DNA of 64,000 nucleotides from Paraspadella gotoi (Eukaryota > Animalia > Chaetognatha), in assembly GCA_051294375.1 (NCBI GenBank), contig CM119269.1:21437665-21501664 (forward strand), given 5' to 3'. Position numbers and translations under genes: made by a program. This document shows positions 29,001 to 40,553 of the stretch, piece by piece (position 1 is the stretch's first letter; each line of letters opens with the position of its first letter). The notes under the pieces were generated by a model, which saw only the letters and a list, made by a program, of their open reading frames with translations, had not been told where the DNA came from and ran no database searches.

Positions 29001-31009
29001 CAACTTGGTTGATGAACTTTCCTCCAACATTATAGGCCGGAACAGGTTGAAAACTAGAAGTTCTCTCAAAAAAATAATGGTTTAGTGACTGTTAGAGAAT
29101 ATGAAAATGAAAATAATTTTCAAAATATAGCTTATTGATGAGCGCACGGAAGCATTTAAGGATTATTTCATAACTATATAAAGTTTAAAATTTTTTTTAA
29201 TTTTTTAATTTTTTTTTATTAGATTCTGATAGAGCTTTAAAAGTTTAAAACTTTTTAAAATTGTTTTGTTTTATTAATGAAAATTTAAAAAAAAACTAGA
29301 AAATTCAGCAAATGATGGTGATGATGATTTTTTAAGGTTTTTCTTATATTAAACCAATTTATTATCAAAATTTGAAAAAAAAATTGTACTACTAACTTTC
29401 ATTTAACTTTTCAAGCTCTCTCCGTTCTTAAAAAATAAAAAATAAATTTTGTCATTTCTTATATATTAATAAATATTTAAAAGCTTCAGTGCAACAACCC
29501 AATGAACTAATTCAAAAAGTTGCATTGAAAATCGATTTAGTAATAGAAGGAAAAAAGAAATTGTTTTGAGAGAACTAGAAGTGTTCAATTTTGGGCCGCC
29601 TTAACTTCACTGACTTCTCCTTAGGGGAGGGGGGGATGTATGGTGGACTAAAATACAACAACCTTTCATCGGCCATTGGTGTAGGAGGCAAGTCATTCGC
29701 CTCCCAACCCAAAGCCTGCTGGTAACCCGGTGGTAACTCGCCTGTAACACGGTGTTAGAGCCTGATCCGAAGCTCAGTCACTGCTTATATTGAACGGTTC
29801 TGTCACTAACACATAACAATAATTCCTATAATTCCTATAATTCCAATAATTATTACTGTCTCTTCTCAAACATGCTTTTTGGCAAAATAAAAAAAGTGTG
29901 CAAAACATATCTAAAACGAGGTTTTTAGAAGATGAAATTCTCAAACGAAAAAAGATTTATTACTTTGATAAAATTACTACAATATTTTATTGATTTCCAA
30001 ATAATTATATTTGAAAAAGTAGTAAAACTTGTTACTTTTATAAGAATTTATAAAATTAAACAAAATAAGGAATGCCTTAAAACTTTTTTATAACCTGATA
30101 GAGATTTTATGGAAATAGAGTGCGCGAATTGTCGTCCGCTTATAAGCGCCTAGGAGGCGTCCGGAAAAAAAAAAGGCTTGCCATTAGGCAACGGCTTGGC
30201 AGTAATAATACTAGTAACTAATTAATATCTAGACATCTTTCAACCCTCTTCATAGGACTTCTTCAATCCGCCCGGGACCACCGCCTCCTTTCGACGCCTC
30301 AGCACCGCACGAGCTCTTCATCTCGGACAGCGCACTCACGATCGACACCTTTGATCAGGCGCGCGTCTCCAAAGCGTCTCTGTCAGAGTCGCTCGGCTAC
30401 GAGTATTATCTCTCCGAAGCCGGCTCGCCTACGCCGGGTAGTTGAGAGAATAAAAGGGGGGGAAAATTGTGTTTAAAATGTTATTATATTAATATGTTTG
30501 TGTCATTCTTTATTTATTTGCGACGAAAAATTTTTCGTTTATTATTTTGAAAATGTTATATTTGTATCGTTAGAGTATTTAAATTATAAATTTTTTTTTA
30601 AATTTAGTAAAAAGTTAAGACAAAAGATAAATAAAAAAGAATGAAAAGAAAATTAAAAACTTATACTTCTTGAAGTAGAAACTAATATTTAAAAACGCTT
30701 TTATATTTTTTAAGACCTTTTATTAAAACAAAAAACGTGGTTTCCTCTTTTTTTTTTAAATCAAAACAAATTTTTTTGGGGCTTTTTTAAAATTTATTAA
30801 AAAAAAGGGTCATCTTATTACATTTACTAGTACTAGTAGCCTTTTGTCAATCGAATCTTTTCATCACTCGCCCTCTAGCGGACGGACGGCGAAGATCAAC
30901 CGATGCTGGCTCGAGACATAGTCGCCGACGATCAAAAACGAGCGAGAAAAAGGCGGCGACAACGGCGGCGGATGCAACGGCCAAGAAGATCAAACCACGT
31001 TTAATATGA
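9913..31009 (+). CDS. Uncharacterised low-complexity, probably disordered protein, ~650 aa, at least 7 exons
   Basis: Phase-consistent GT-AG exons 9913-10451, 10950-11368, 24176-24557, 28059-28212, 28549-28694, 30256-30437 and 30879-31009 (1953 nt, no stops). In-frame TAA upstream of the ATG; ends ...AKKIKPRLI*. Further exons may lie in the noisy 14.5-23 kb interval. Confidence 0.7.
13315..13380 (+). mobile_element. 5' end fragment of the DINE-1/HINE-like element
   Basis: TTTTAGTCGGATCTGCTTATCCAAGCAGATCCCGACTCTATAATTC followed by GTCT repeats. Confidence 0.55.
14158..14541. repeat. Three tandem copies of a ~128-bp unit next to a gap
   Basis: AATACTTAATTCCATAT...GCAAAGATCTTAAAGATGAGAAGCC...AAATTTAAATC occurs three times, with a partial copy at ~16360. 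Confidence 0.8.
14570..18120 (+). repeat. ~1.6-1.9 kb tandem duplication (14570-16160 vs 16360-18120) containing exon-like segments
   Basis: The cleaner copy has an exon-like segment at ~16708-16871 (FPGKLPLKGADYWPEG...DDSVA|gttagt) and a phase-compatible one at ~17543-17645 (EPGDDTEEVLENEEK...GTLK|gttaaa). The first copy is indel-rich. Confidence 0.65.
18293..19500 (+). repeat. Segment duplicated at ~21920-23170; contains error-rich exon-like pieces
   Basis: Shared AAAACCTTCCATCACAGAGAAAGAGTCAAA, GCTGCAATGGATGAGTCAGCTGTGAC and GGGAATGGGAACGTCTAATGGATCTTAA blocks. Confidence 0.7.
19696..20290 (+). mobile_element. MITE related to the TAAGGCGG family; oppositely oriented relative at 29032-29604
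   Basis: GCGGGCCAAAATTGAA...TGTTCGGTCCTA; its reverse complement matches 29032-29604 (TAGGCCGGAACAGG...TTTGGGCCGCCTTAA). Confidence 0.55.
20500..21920 (-). other. GC-rich, intronless, coding-like island of unknown origin
   Basis: ~1.4 kb, much more GC-rich than its flanks, with long overlapping minus-strand ORFs linked by frameshifts; no family motif recognised. Confidence 0.35.
24703..26056. mobile_element. DINE-1/HINE-like element with its 5' end at both termini in inverted orientation; internal 17-18 bp minisatellite
   Basis: Left end TTTTTAGTCAGATCTGCTTATCAGCAGATTCCGACTTTATAATTC; right end GAATTATAGAGTCGGGATCGCAGATCGGACTAAAAA. (GTCC)/(GGAC) microsatellites at both ends and TTTTTCAACTTGCATA repeats inside. 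Confidence 0.7.
28734..28942. repeat. Interspersed repeat (second copy ~29638-29865, inverted fragment ~49977-50030)
   Basis: Shared TATGGTGGACTAAAAT...AAGTCATTCGCCTCCC...CCTGATCCGAAGCTCAG...TATTACTGTCTCTTC. Confidence 0.65.
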
Positions 31010-31110
31010 AAATATCAGCGTAAAATTTGTAAATAACAACTCGCAAAAAAATTGTTAAAATTGAACTTGGAAGAAAATTTTAGAAATATACTGAACCTTG
31101 GAACGATATT

Positions 31111-32279
31111 AAACAAGATTGAGCAAACAATGTCGGATCTGCCAACGATAATTAAGTGGTAATAAGCTAAGTTGGTCAACATGCATAATTTAATCAACTT
31201 GCATTATTTGGTTATCTGGCATAATTCGGTCAACTGACATAATTTTGTCAGCTGGCATAATTTGGTCAACTGATATAATTTGGTCAACTGACATAATTTA
31301 GTCAACTGACTTAATTTGTTTAACTGGCATAATTTGGTTAGCTGACATAATTTGTTCAACTGACATAATTTGGTCAACTGACATAATTTGGTCCATTAAC
31401 ATAATTTGGTCAACCGGCATAATTTGGTCAACTGGCATAATTTTATCAACTGGCATAATTTGGTCAACTGGCATAATTCGGTCAACTGGCATAATTTTGT
31501 CAACTTGCCAAATTTGGTTAACTGGCATATTTTTGTCAATTGGCATAATTTGGTCAATCAATCAATCAATCAATCAATCAGAGAGAGATAGAGAGAGAAA
31601 AACTTTAAAAAATTCAAATAAATGTGTCTTTTGGTTTTATAATTTGAACTCTTTTCCACTCCTATGATTCCATCAAAAAATTTATATCCAGCTTTATCAC
31701 ATTATTTCCTCCCCTTACACAAAATTCCATTTCAATTTATCTATTCAATTTTTAATAAACATAATAATTATGAGTAAATTTAAGTAAAAATACTTCAAGT
31801 AAATATGACTTTTGTTTTTTCCATTTTAACTCATTTCCACTCGCACGATTCCATCGAAACTTTATATCCAGCTCAATGACACACTTTCCTACCATCATAC
31901 AAAATTTCAAATCAATTGCCCTATCCACTCATGAGCAATTGGCGTTCAAATAGTGAAATATATTTTTTTGGTTTTTTCCATTTAAACCAATTTCCACTCG
32001 CACGATTCCATCTAAACTTCATATCAATCTTAATCACACAGTTTCCTACTCGCACACAAAATTTCATACCAATCCATCCATCCAATCACGAGTAATTAGA
32101 GTTTTTTGCAAAGAGGGGACGGACAGATGGACGGACGGACGGACGGACAGACGAACGGACGGATGGACGGACATCTTTTTTTTTGCATAATTTAACATAA
32201 TATTTTTGGGTGGGACCGACGGACCGACAAAGTGAATTATAGAGTCGGAATCTGCTGATAAGCAGATCCGTCTAAAAAA
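31111..32279 (-). mobile_element. Full-length DINE-1/HINE-like (non-autonomous Helentron) element
   Basis: On the minus strand: 5' TTTTTAGACGGATCTGC-TTATCA-GCAGATTCCGAC hairpin/subTIR, (GTCC)n microsatellite, 18-bp tandem array, 3' subTIR GCAGATCCGAC, short hairpin and terminal CTTGTT. Confidence 0.75.
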
Positions 32280-32602
32280 TTTAATTCACCTTAGTTTTTA
32301 TCATAAAAATTTAATGAGAAAAAACTAAAATATTTGTTTAAAATTTTATTCTATTAAAATCAATGACCAAAAAATACATATTTGATTGCGTCTCACCAAT
32401 TTGTAAATCGAAAATTATACAAAAAATTGAAGCGCGGTGTATCAAAAAAAAATCATATGAAGAATTTTAATACAATTTGACTTTTTATAAATACAACCAT
32501 ATTTTTACTTTTTTTTGGCAGGTAGTGTCAAAAAACATTTTGGTTTCCAACACAAAATCGGGCGAAACAATTCTTCAGCTCCTTTCTTCGTAACATCCAA
32601 TT

Positions 32603-33727
32603 TCACTTCTTTTTCTTTACGATCAAGCGACCCTTTTGACTCCTATTTGTGAACGCGTTGTTCCTGGTACACATGTAGTAGAAAATGTCCTCCTTTGTAA
32701 ATTGCACGACGACACCGGGAAAGCTGGCGTTGGCGTCGTTGAGCAGAGGGTCCATCTCTTTCTCGGCGGAACAACGACCAGAGTCGAAGGTATTTCTTCC
32801 TTGCTCTTTCAGTTTGTTTTTGTCTTTTCTGAACTCGCAACTATGAAACCCGTCCTCGCCGTCTTTCTCGAAGGAGTAGGCTGAAGGAGAGAGAGATTGA
32901 TTGATTGGTTAATTTGATTTTATATATAATTCATCCATTGATCGATTTATGGAAACTGACTTTGGACAGGCTATAGTGGATTATGGCCTGCGTCTCTTTC
33001 ACAAGATAGAAGAACATAGAAAAACTCTGCGCCTTTTTTTCCCAGAACGCCCCGTTTTATGTTAAATTTAGAATTAGCTTTTTTTAAATTTTTTTTATTA
33101 AAGATTAGGTTAAAGGTTTCTTTTTCTCTTTATTCTTGAATTTATTAGCAACATGCTGCATCGAAGATCTCTATGATATTGAGGATTGATCTTTTATTTT
33201 TATTACGGATTTTTCCAGTGGTTTATTCGATAGGATCGAAATCCATACATTGACGCAAAACCAAGCGTAATTAAGTAATAATATTTCATCGGGGATGAAC
33301 AACTCTTTTTAACTTACCCACGCACTCTGGGTGTTCGAGACAGAACCTCTCACATTCTTTGATATCTTCGAATTTAAGTCGAGTAAAAAGGTTTGTCCCT
33401 CTATAAAGCTTATTCGGTTTATCCACGCATTTTTCTGTCAATAAAAAGTCAACCATTTATTATATTTTTCTCTCTAATGGAGTTACAATGCAAAAAAAAA
33501 GTTTTATAATTTTCGCTACGTATATTTTGACACATGATTTGCTATGTCGTGGTCAGTAGCACGAATGAAAATAACCACAAAAAAATAAAATGTAGATTTC
33601 TTCATGAAACTTCTCAGTTATTAATTGTGTTTGTATCTTTCAACTTACTTTGATATTTCGAGTCCTTTGTTGCGTTGACGGAACCGAAAATTCTAGAACA
33701 GAAGCCGATTGGGAAAAACTAAGTTAC

Positions 33728-33761
<34 letters not shown>

Positions 33762-36700
33762 ACAATCAACAACCAACGACCATCAACTGACCCGGCCGAC
33801 GCGAGCGCCACCTTGACGTCTTCGACTCCATCTTCAACGCCATCACTTGTCCACAAAATCTTGACGTCGTCAAACATTTTGCCGACTTCGAAATCTACGG
33901 GAAAATTGTCGAGCGGACTCGCGATTTCCACCAAGTTGTGACGATCCGTGCCTGGGAAAATTAATAGCGCGATGCTCTTTTGTTGAGGTAGAATATTTAC
34001 AGACTTTTTTTCATGCGAAATGACCTCAAATCATCCTGTTCCAGTTAAAACTTATTTAGAAAGGAGAGCAGATGTAATGAGTTGTACAAAATTAAATTAA
34101 ATTAGAAGGAAATGACATTTTGAAAAAAAAAAAGGGTAACCAGAGAAAGAAAAGAATTTTTTGTAAGGAATCACTTTCGCACCTCTAGTTCCCTGGCCAG
34201 CATCTCCCGTTTGCCCATCTCCGCCTGGCCCCCCATTGTTGTGAGAGTTGGATCCCGTCCACTGAATGTGAACCGCTTCGGTCTTGGGATCAAGCTCGAG
34301 GGAGTTGGGGACAAAGTCGTACTCGACGGCGGGAAAAACTTGAACGATGTTTCCTCTTTTACCGCGAACGTTAAGATTCAAGATTCGTATGCCTGGGACG
34401 AAATTTAAGAAAAAATAGTTAATGAAGTTATATTTAAAATTAGGATAAAAATTAAGAAGAAAAAAAAAATTACAGTTAATTAAACGAATTTGATTAATTT
34501 TGTAGTCGGGCATTGCCTAGGTTCACCCGCCTATAAGCAATGACTCTTTCGTTTTCAGTTGTGACCCGGTGGCTCATTGAGTAAAGCTATCACTCATGAC
34601 CACTAGGTACCGGGTTCTTATCCCAACCCGGTACCTATACTGCGGGAAGAGTGAGGACGGCCGTAAGCTGCTTTGGGGCGTAGCAAGCCCTCAAGCCCTG
34701 TTCCAAGCCCAGGACCCGTTCCATGTCTGCTAGAGGGGGTTATAGAAGGATACGGATAGTCATCTTCTGCCCACTTAGCGCCTTATCCACAATTTCATAT
34801 ATGAATAATATAATGGAAAGAGGGATATTAGTGTTTTGTTCTGGAAATACGAACATAAAACACGATATTAAACATTTTTTTCCTTAACACAATATATTGC
34901 TTTGATGAAATTATAAAATTATAATAAAAACAAGTAATCTTGTAACATTCATATATAAATTATTACTGATAATTATTAACAATAATGTAAATACAATATT
35001 TGTATGTGCGATTTACCATCGAAAACATTGAGGGGTCTCGGAGCGAGAATGAGCGCGTGACTTCTGTCTTGAAAGGTTCTGCCGAATTGCGCAGTATTGA
35101 TGGCCAACCTCAAAGGAACATCGTTGTCTGATGGAAATTGGTAATATAATTATTAAATTTTAAAATTTTAGGTAATCTATACGTTAAGGCGGGCCAAAAT
35201 TTAACATTTTTTACAATATAAAAAAGTCTGCAATAAAAGTCTTTTGTCCTTTTCAAGCCAAATTGACTTATGATGTTAAATTTTGATTAAATTAATTTTC
35301 CTCACGCATGGAAGCATTTTAATAGTTAACAATATATAATAAATGCTTAAAAACTTTTTTAAAAAATTAAAATAGAGATTAAAAGTTAGTTAAAGGTTAG
35401 TACTACAAATTTCAGAAATTTTAATTATAAATAGGCTAAAATTTGAAAAAACTTAAAAAATCATCATCATCATCATCATTCATTAAATTTTATAGTTTTT
35501 GTTAATTTGCATAGATAAATCATTAAAATTTCAAAAAGGTGTAATAATAACCTTCATCTAATTTTTCAAGCTCTATCAGAATCCATAAAAAATTAAAATT
35601 TCTTAAAGAAATCTTTTGACCTTATATAGTATTCGGATAATATAAAATAACTTTCATGCGTTTAACTAAAAGATAAATCCTAATTTTTTTTTATTTTCAC
35701 GATCTTTAATAAACACATTAACAATATTTATACGGACAATCGTCGGACGTCGGACATCTGTTAGTTTGTAACCTGTTCCGCCTTACTATACATATCTATA
35801 TATCTATAGCCTATATAGTAAGGCGTAGTAAAAGTTACAAACAAAAATTATAAAATTTAATTATGAACAACATACCATCAGTGAACATTAATTTGTAAAA
35901 AAAATTAATTTTATTTTTTTTTAATTTTTGCAGTAGGCTATATTTATATATAGTACTATCCTTATAAAGCTTTTCTTAATTTTGATTGCAGATTTGAATT
36001 CCTTGTCAAAAGTTTATATAAGAAAATATAAATCATTTTTAAAAATTCTTTCATTAAGTGGGTTAAAAATTAAAACTATATTTAACATATAAAAAATTAA
36101 TTTTCAGCTTCAAATATAGCTTTTTCTAATTTTTGACCCACTTAATGAAGGAATTTTTCAAAAAGAGTTATATTTCTTTCTATCAACTTTTTATGACAAA
36201 TTCAAATCTGCAAAAAAATCTTAGAAAAAACTGTTTTGAAATTTGAACATTTATTGGTTTAATACTAGTATAAATACGGCCTACTGCTTAAATTGTAAAA
36301 TTTATTATAAATTTTTTTATTACATAAATGTTCATTAATATAATATTGTTCATTTTTAGAATTTTAATTAAAGTTAAATTTAGAAATTTTACTACGCCTT
36401 ACTATATATTATAGGTTAGTCTACTTTTCTATCTGTCAGCGGATATTAAATTTAATAAAGTAAAGGTTTTAACGAAAAAAAGGTACTATGGTCAGAATAA
36501 CGTATTTTTGGAGATCCAATGAGAACGAGGCAAAGAGGAGGAGAAGGAAGAGGAGGAGAAAGAGGAAGAGGCGAAACCAAAAAGAAAATTTTAGGCATAA
36601 TGCCATTAATAATACCATTAATAATGGAATTAACTTAAGCCTTGACTTATGGTTCGGTTGGTCTTGTTTAATCCTTGTTTAATCTTGTTTAATCCTTGTT

Positions 36701-37089
36701 CGATTTTTAATTCTTGTTAAATTACGAAAATATTTGTTAAATTATTGAAGCTTTACGTTAAAGAGGAAAAAAAAGAGGATTATGGTTAACTAATCCACAA
36801 AAAGTGTTCATATCACTTTTCACTTATGTTCCCACTTACTTTGACACTTATGTTCCCACTTACTTCGACACAGTCCACCCTTAAAGAATGTGTAACTGGC
36901 ATCCGTTTTATTTTTGGAGATTCTTCTGTACAGCGTGCAGACGTCGAGTTCATTAGTTCTTTGGTGCATGTAACCAACGCACTCGACATTGTCGAGGCAA
37001 AATCTGTGACATTGGGTCACATTGTCACCCCGTCTTCTGTCAACGAAACTTCCCCACACTTTGGTGTTGTCCAAGGTGGTGCAGGTCTC

Positions 37090-37130
<41 letters not shown>

Positions 37131-40100
37131 GAGAGAGAGAGAGAAAGAGAGTTTAACAAGTTTGAGCAAACAAAGTCGGATCTGCCTACGATAATTAAGC
37201 GTTAATCTGCTAATCAGATGATAAATGACGATAATTCTTTCAATTTGTGATCCTAACTGATCTTAACAGATCATACCATATCAAACCAATGGCTGCGCCA
37301 ATAGTACATATAAATTGCTTGCGAGGAATTCAACTGAATTTTTACAATGGTACAAATAAATTTTTTGACTAGTATTATTTTGTCAATTTGCATCATTTTG
37401 TCAACTTTCATCATTTTTTCAACTTGCATCATTTTGTCAACTTTTATCATTTTTTCAACTCGTAATTTCATTCCAATCCAACCACGAGTAATTAGAGTTT
37501 TTTGCTAAGGAGGCACGGAAGGACGAACAGACGGACATCATTTTTTTTGCATAATTTATCATAATTTGATGTTCTGATATGATTTAAGTAAATTCCCGCC
37601 AAGATTGAGGGGGCAGACCGAAGAAACCGACCAAGTAGATTATAGAGTCTGGATCTGCTACTAAAAATTTAAACAACAATTCTAGCTGGAATTCAAGGAA
37701 TTAGTTTCATAAAAGAAAATATATATCCTTTTTATGTCTTCGGGTTTATATATTTTATTCAATTATTCATACATATTTTATATTAATGTTGTACTCTATC
37801 ATCTTACGTTCTAGATTATTGGCCTCTGCAACATTAATGCTGACGGTTGGATTATTCTTCAATTTAGGATCAGAGAGAGCACGGGGTCGATCCGGGATGG
37901 AGTCTGAAGTTAAATTCAGTTAATTATTAGGATATAAGTATATTGAAATAAGTTTACTAACACCATCACGATAAAAACGTACGTTTTTCTCAAATTGGCA
38001 AATAAAGATAAGAATACTGTAGTTTAAAAAAAAATATATGCAACCTTAGCGGTCTCGATTCGATATTTCATTTTTTTTTGGGGGGTGGAGGTAATTTAAA
38101 GCGGGTAGAATGACCTGAGATAATTTTGCCCACATAAAATTAACCACAGTTATGATTGCGCTGAAAAGGGGTTAAAACTTAAATGCTCTACAGATATTGA
38201 AACCTGAGAAATCCCATTAGTGCAGTTTCAATGTACAAGTTATCACATTTTATCCGATGTGCGATCCTAAAGTCGACAAAATATGATACCTTTACACCTC
38301 AAGATGTTTTGCAGTTTATTTTCCCTGGGATTTTCCATGTCTTCTCAGGATGAAGATAAAATATTAACAAGTAAAAAAAAGAAAATAAATATCTAGATCG
38401 GTGAACGAAAACCGCTTAAGGGAACCCAGTAATAAAAATGATATCATTAGCTTAAGAGATCTATCATTAAATTATTTTTTTTAACAAGAGGTTTTTTGTT
38501 CGTGATAGTAATTAGTAACATTACTAATCTTAGTAAATGTGAATGAATTGATTGACTTAACGTGAAATAGATCGATTGATTGTTGCATTGACCTGATTGT
38601 TTGATTGAATGATTGATTGATTGATAGATACATTGATTGATTGATTTAATTGATTGATCGGTTTATTGATTAATAGATACATTGATTTAATTGATTGATT
38701 TTATTGAATGATCGACTGATTGATTGGTCAATCAATCGCTCAATCACCTTTCCTTTCGCAGATGAAATAATTTCTCCTCGTGCAAAGCTCATCGGAGAAC
38801 AAATAATTCCATTTGTGATTCATCACGGCGCAATTTTGATTTTTATTGTCCGGCTGTCCGGGCGCCCATCCATCGGACCCTATGTCCTTGTATCCCTCGG
38901 GCGTGACCCACTGGAACGTGGTCCCCTCTTGAGCGCCTGTCCAAAAGCTGCGCCAAAAATTGTTCCTGACCGGAGGGAGGATGACCTCCTTGATGAAGTC
39001 CAGCTCCGCCACGGTTTCCACGGCAACCAGATACGCGTCCTGAGCCTCGCAGGCTTTCTTGGCGTCGGCGTGATTCTTGAAGGTGGAGTAGGCGCTGTGG
39101 GGGGGGGAGGGGGGGTAGGGGGAGGGGGGGGAGGGGGGAAGGGGGAGGGGGGGGGGGGGGGAGGGAGGGAAGGGAAAGAAAAAGGGAAGAAGAGGAGGTA
39201 AAGGAATGGAGAGAAGAGGAGAGTCATTGGCGAGAGGAGAGGAAGGAGGAGGAGGAGGAGGAGAGAAGAGGAGAGTATTGGCGAGGGAAGAGGAAGAGGA
39301 GGAGGAGGAGAGAAGAGGAGAGTTATTGGCAAGAGAAGAGGAAGAGGAGGAGGAGGAGAGAAGAAGATAGTTATTGGCGAGAGAAGAGGAAGAGGAGGAG
39401 GAGGAGAGAAGAGGAGAGTTATTGGCAAGAGAAGAGGAGGAGAGGAGGAAAGAGAAGAAGATAGTTATTGGCGAGAGAAGAAGAGGAGGAGGAGGAGAGA
39501 AGAGGAGAGTTATTGGCAAGAGAGAGAGGAGGAGGAGAGAAGAAGATAGTTATTGGCGAGAGAAGAGGAAGAGGAGGAGGGAGAGAGAGAAGAGGAGAGT
39601 TATTGGCAAGAGAAGAGGAGGAGGAGAGAGGAGAGAAGAAGATAGTTATTGGCAAGAGAAGAGGAAGAGGAGGAGGAGAGAGGAGGAGAGAAGAAGATAG
39701 TTATTGGCGAGAGAAGAGGAGAGGGAGGAGGAGGAGAGAAGAGGAAGAGTTATTGGCAGAAGAGAAGAGGAGGAGGAAGAGGAGAGAAGAGATAGTTATT
39801 GGCAGAGAGAAGAGGAAGAGGAGGAGGAGGAGAGAAGAGGAGATAGTTATTGGCAGAGAAGAGGAAGAGGAGGAGGAGGAGAGAAGAGTTATTGGCAAGA
39901 GAAGAGGAAGAGGAGGAGGAGGAGAGAAGAAGATAGTTATTGGCGAGAGAAGAGGAAGAGGAGGAGGAGGAGAGAAGAGGAGAGTTATTGGCGAGGGACT
40001 AATCGTTTTTATTGCGGACATGAACATTGAATCATAGTGAAATTACATATATATATAAAACTTCGAATTTTGGTAAAAATGCAGTCAATTTTTCGACTTT

Positions 40101-40497
40101 TAGCTTGAGATTATCGTTAAGGGTAAATTAGTGGGAAAATAAAATAGGGAGAAAGAGAATAAGAGAGAGAGAGAGAGNNNNNNNNNNAGCCGAACAATTA
40201 AACATGGATGATAATATTTGTTATCAATGAACCAATTTTTAGATAACTTGATTGTTTAATCAAGAGAAAATAATGTAAATTACGTGTAGCAACTTCCACC
40301 GAAGCAAGGATTAGGAGCATATGCGTCGTAATCGTCGGTAGAAATATTGTAACGAATTCGTACAATGACATTTTGTTCAGTTGAAAAGTTCGGGAGAATC
40401 CAAGTATAATTCAACATGACTCCACCCGCTGTGTTTCCTTGAATTGATACAAAATCATGGTCTCATTTCGACAATAAAAAATAGGGAGAAAGAGAGA

Positions 40498-40553
<56 letters not shown>

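Noticed and set aside
29680-29790. HDV-like ribozyme suggested by minus-strand GGCGAATGAC
   Set aside because: No matching P2/P1/P3 pairing could be built; the motif sits in a simple GGAGGC/GCCTCC hairpin of an interspersed repeat.
31298-31591. MPVDQI-repeat ORF, or a CRISPR-like array
   Set aside because: This is an 18-bp tandem repeat without unique spacers, inside a HINE-like element in eukaryotic DNA.
38740-39519. C-type lectin ORF as an independent nested gene
   Set aside because: Its N-terminal FGGSCY motif is encoded by DD3-3 exon 8 and both splice phases fit the DD3-3 frame; the ORF's upstream part is minisatellite.
39374-40037. Long E/R/G-rich and S/L/P-rich ORFs
   Set aside because: They are translations of an intronic purine minisatellite.
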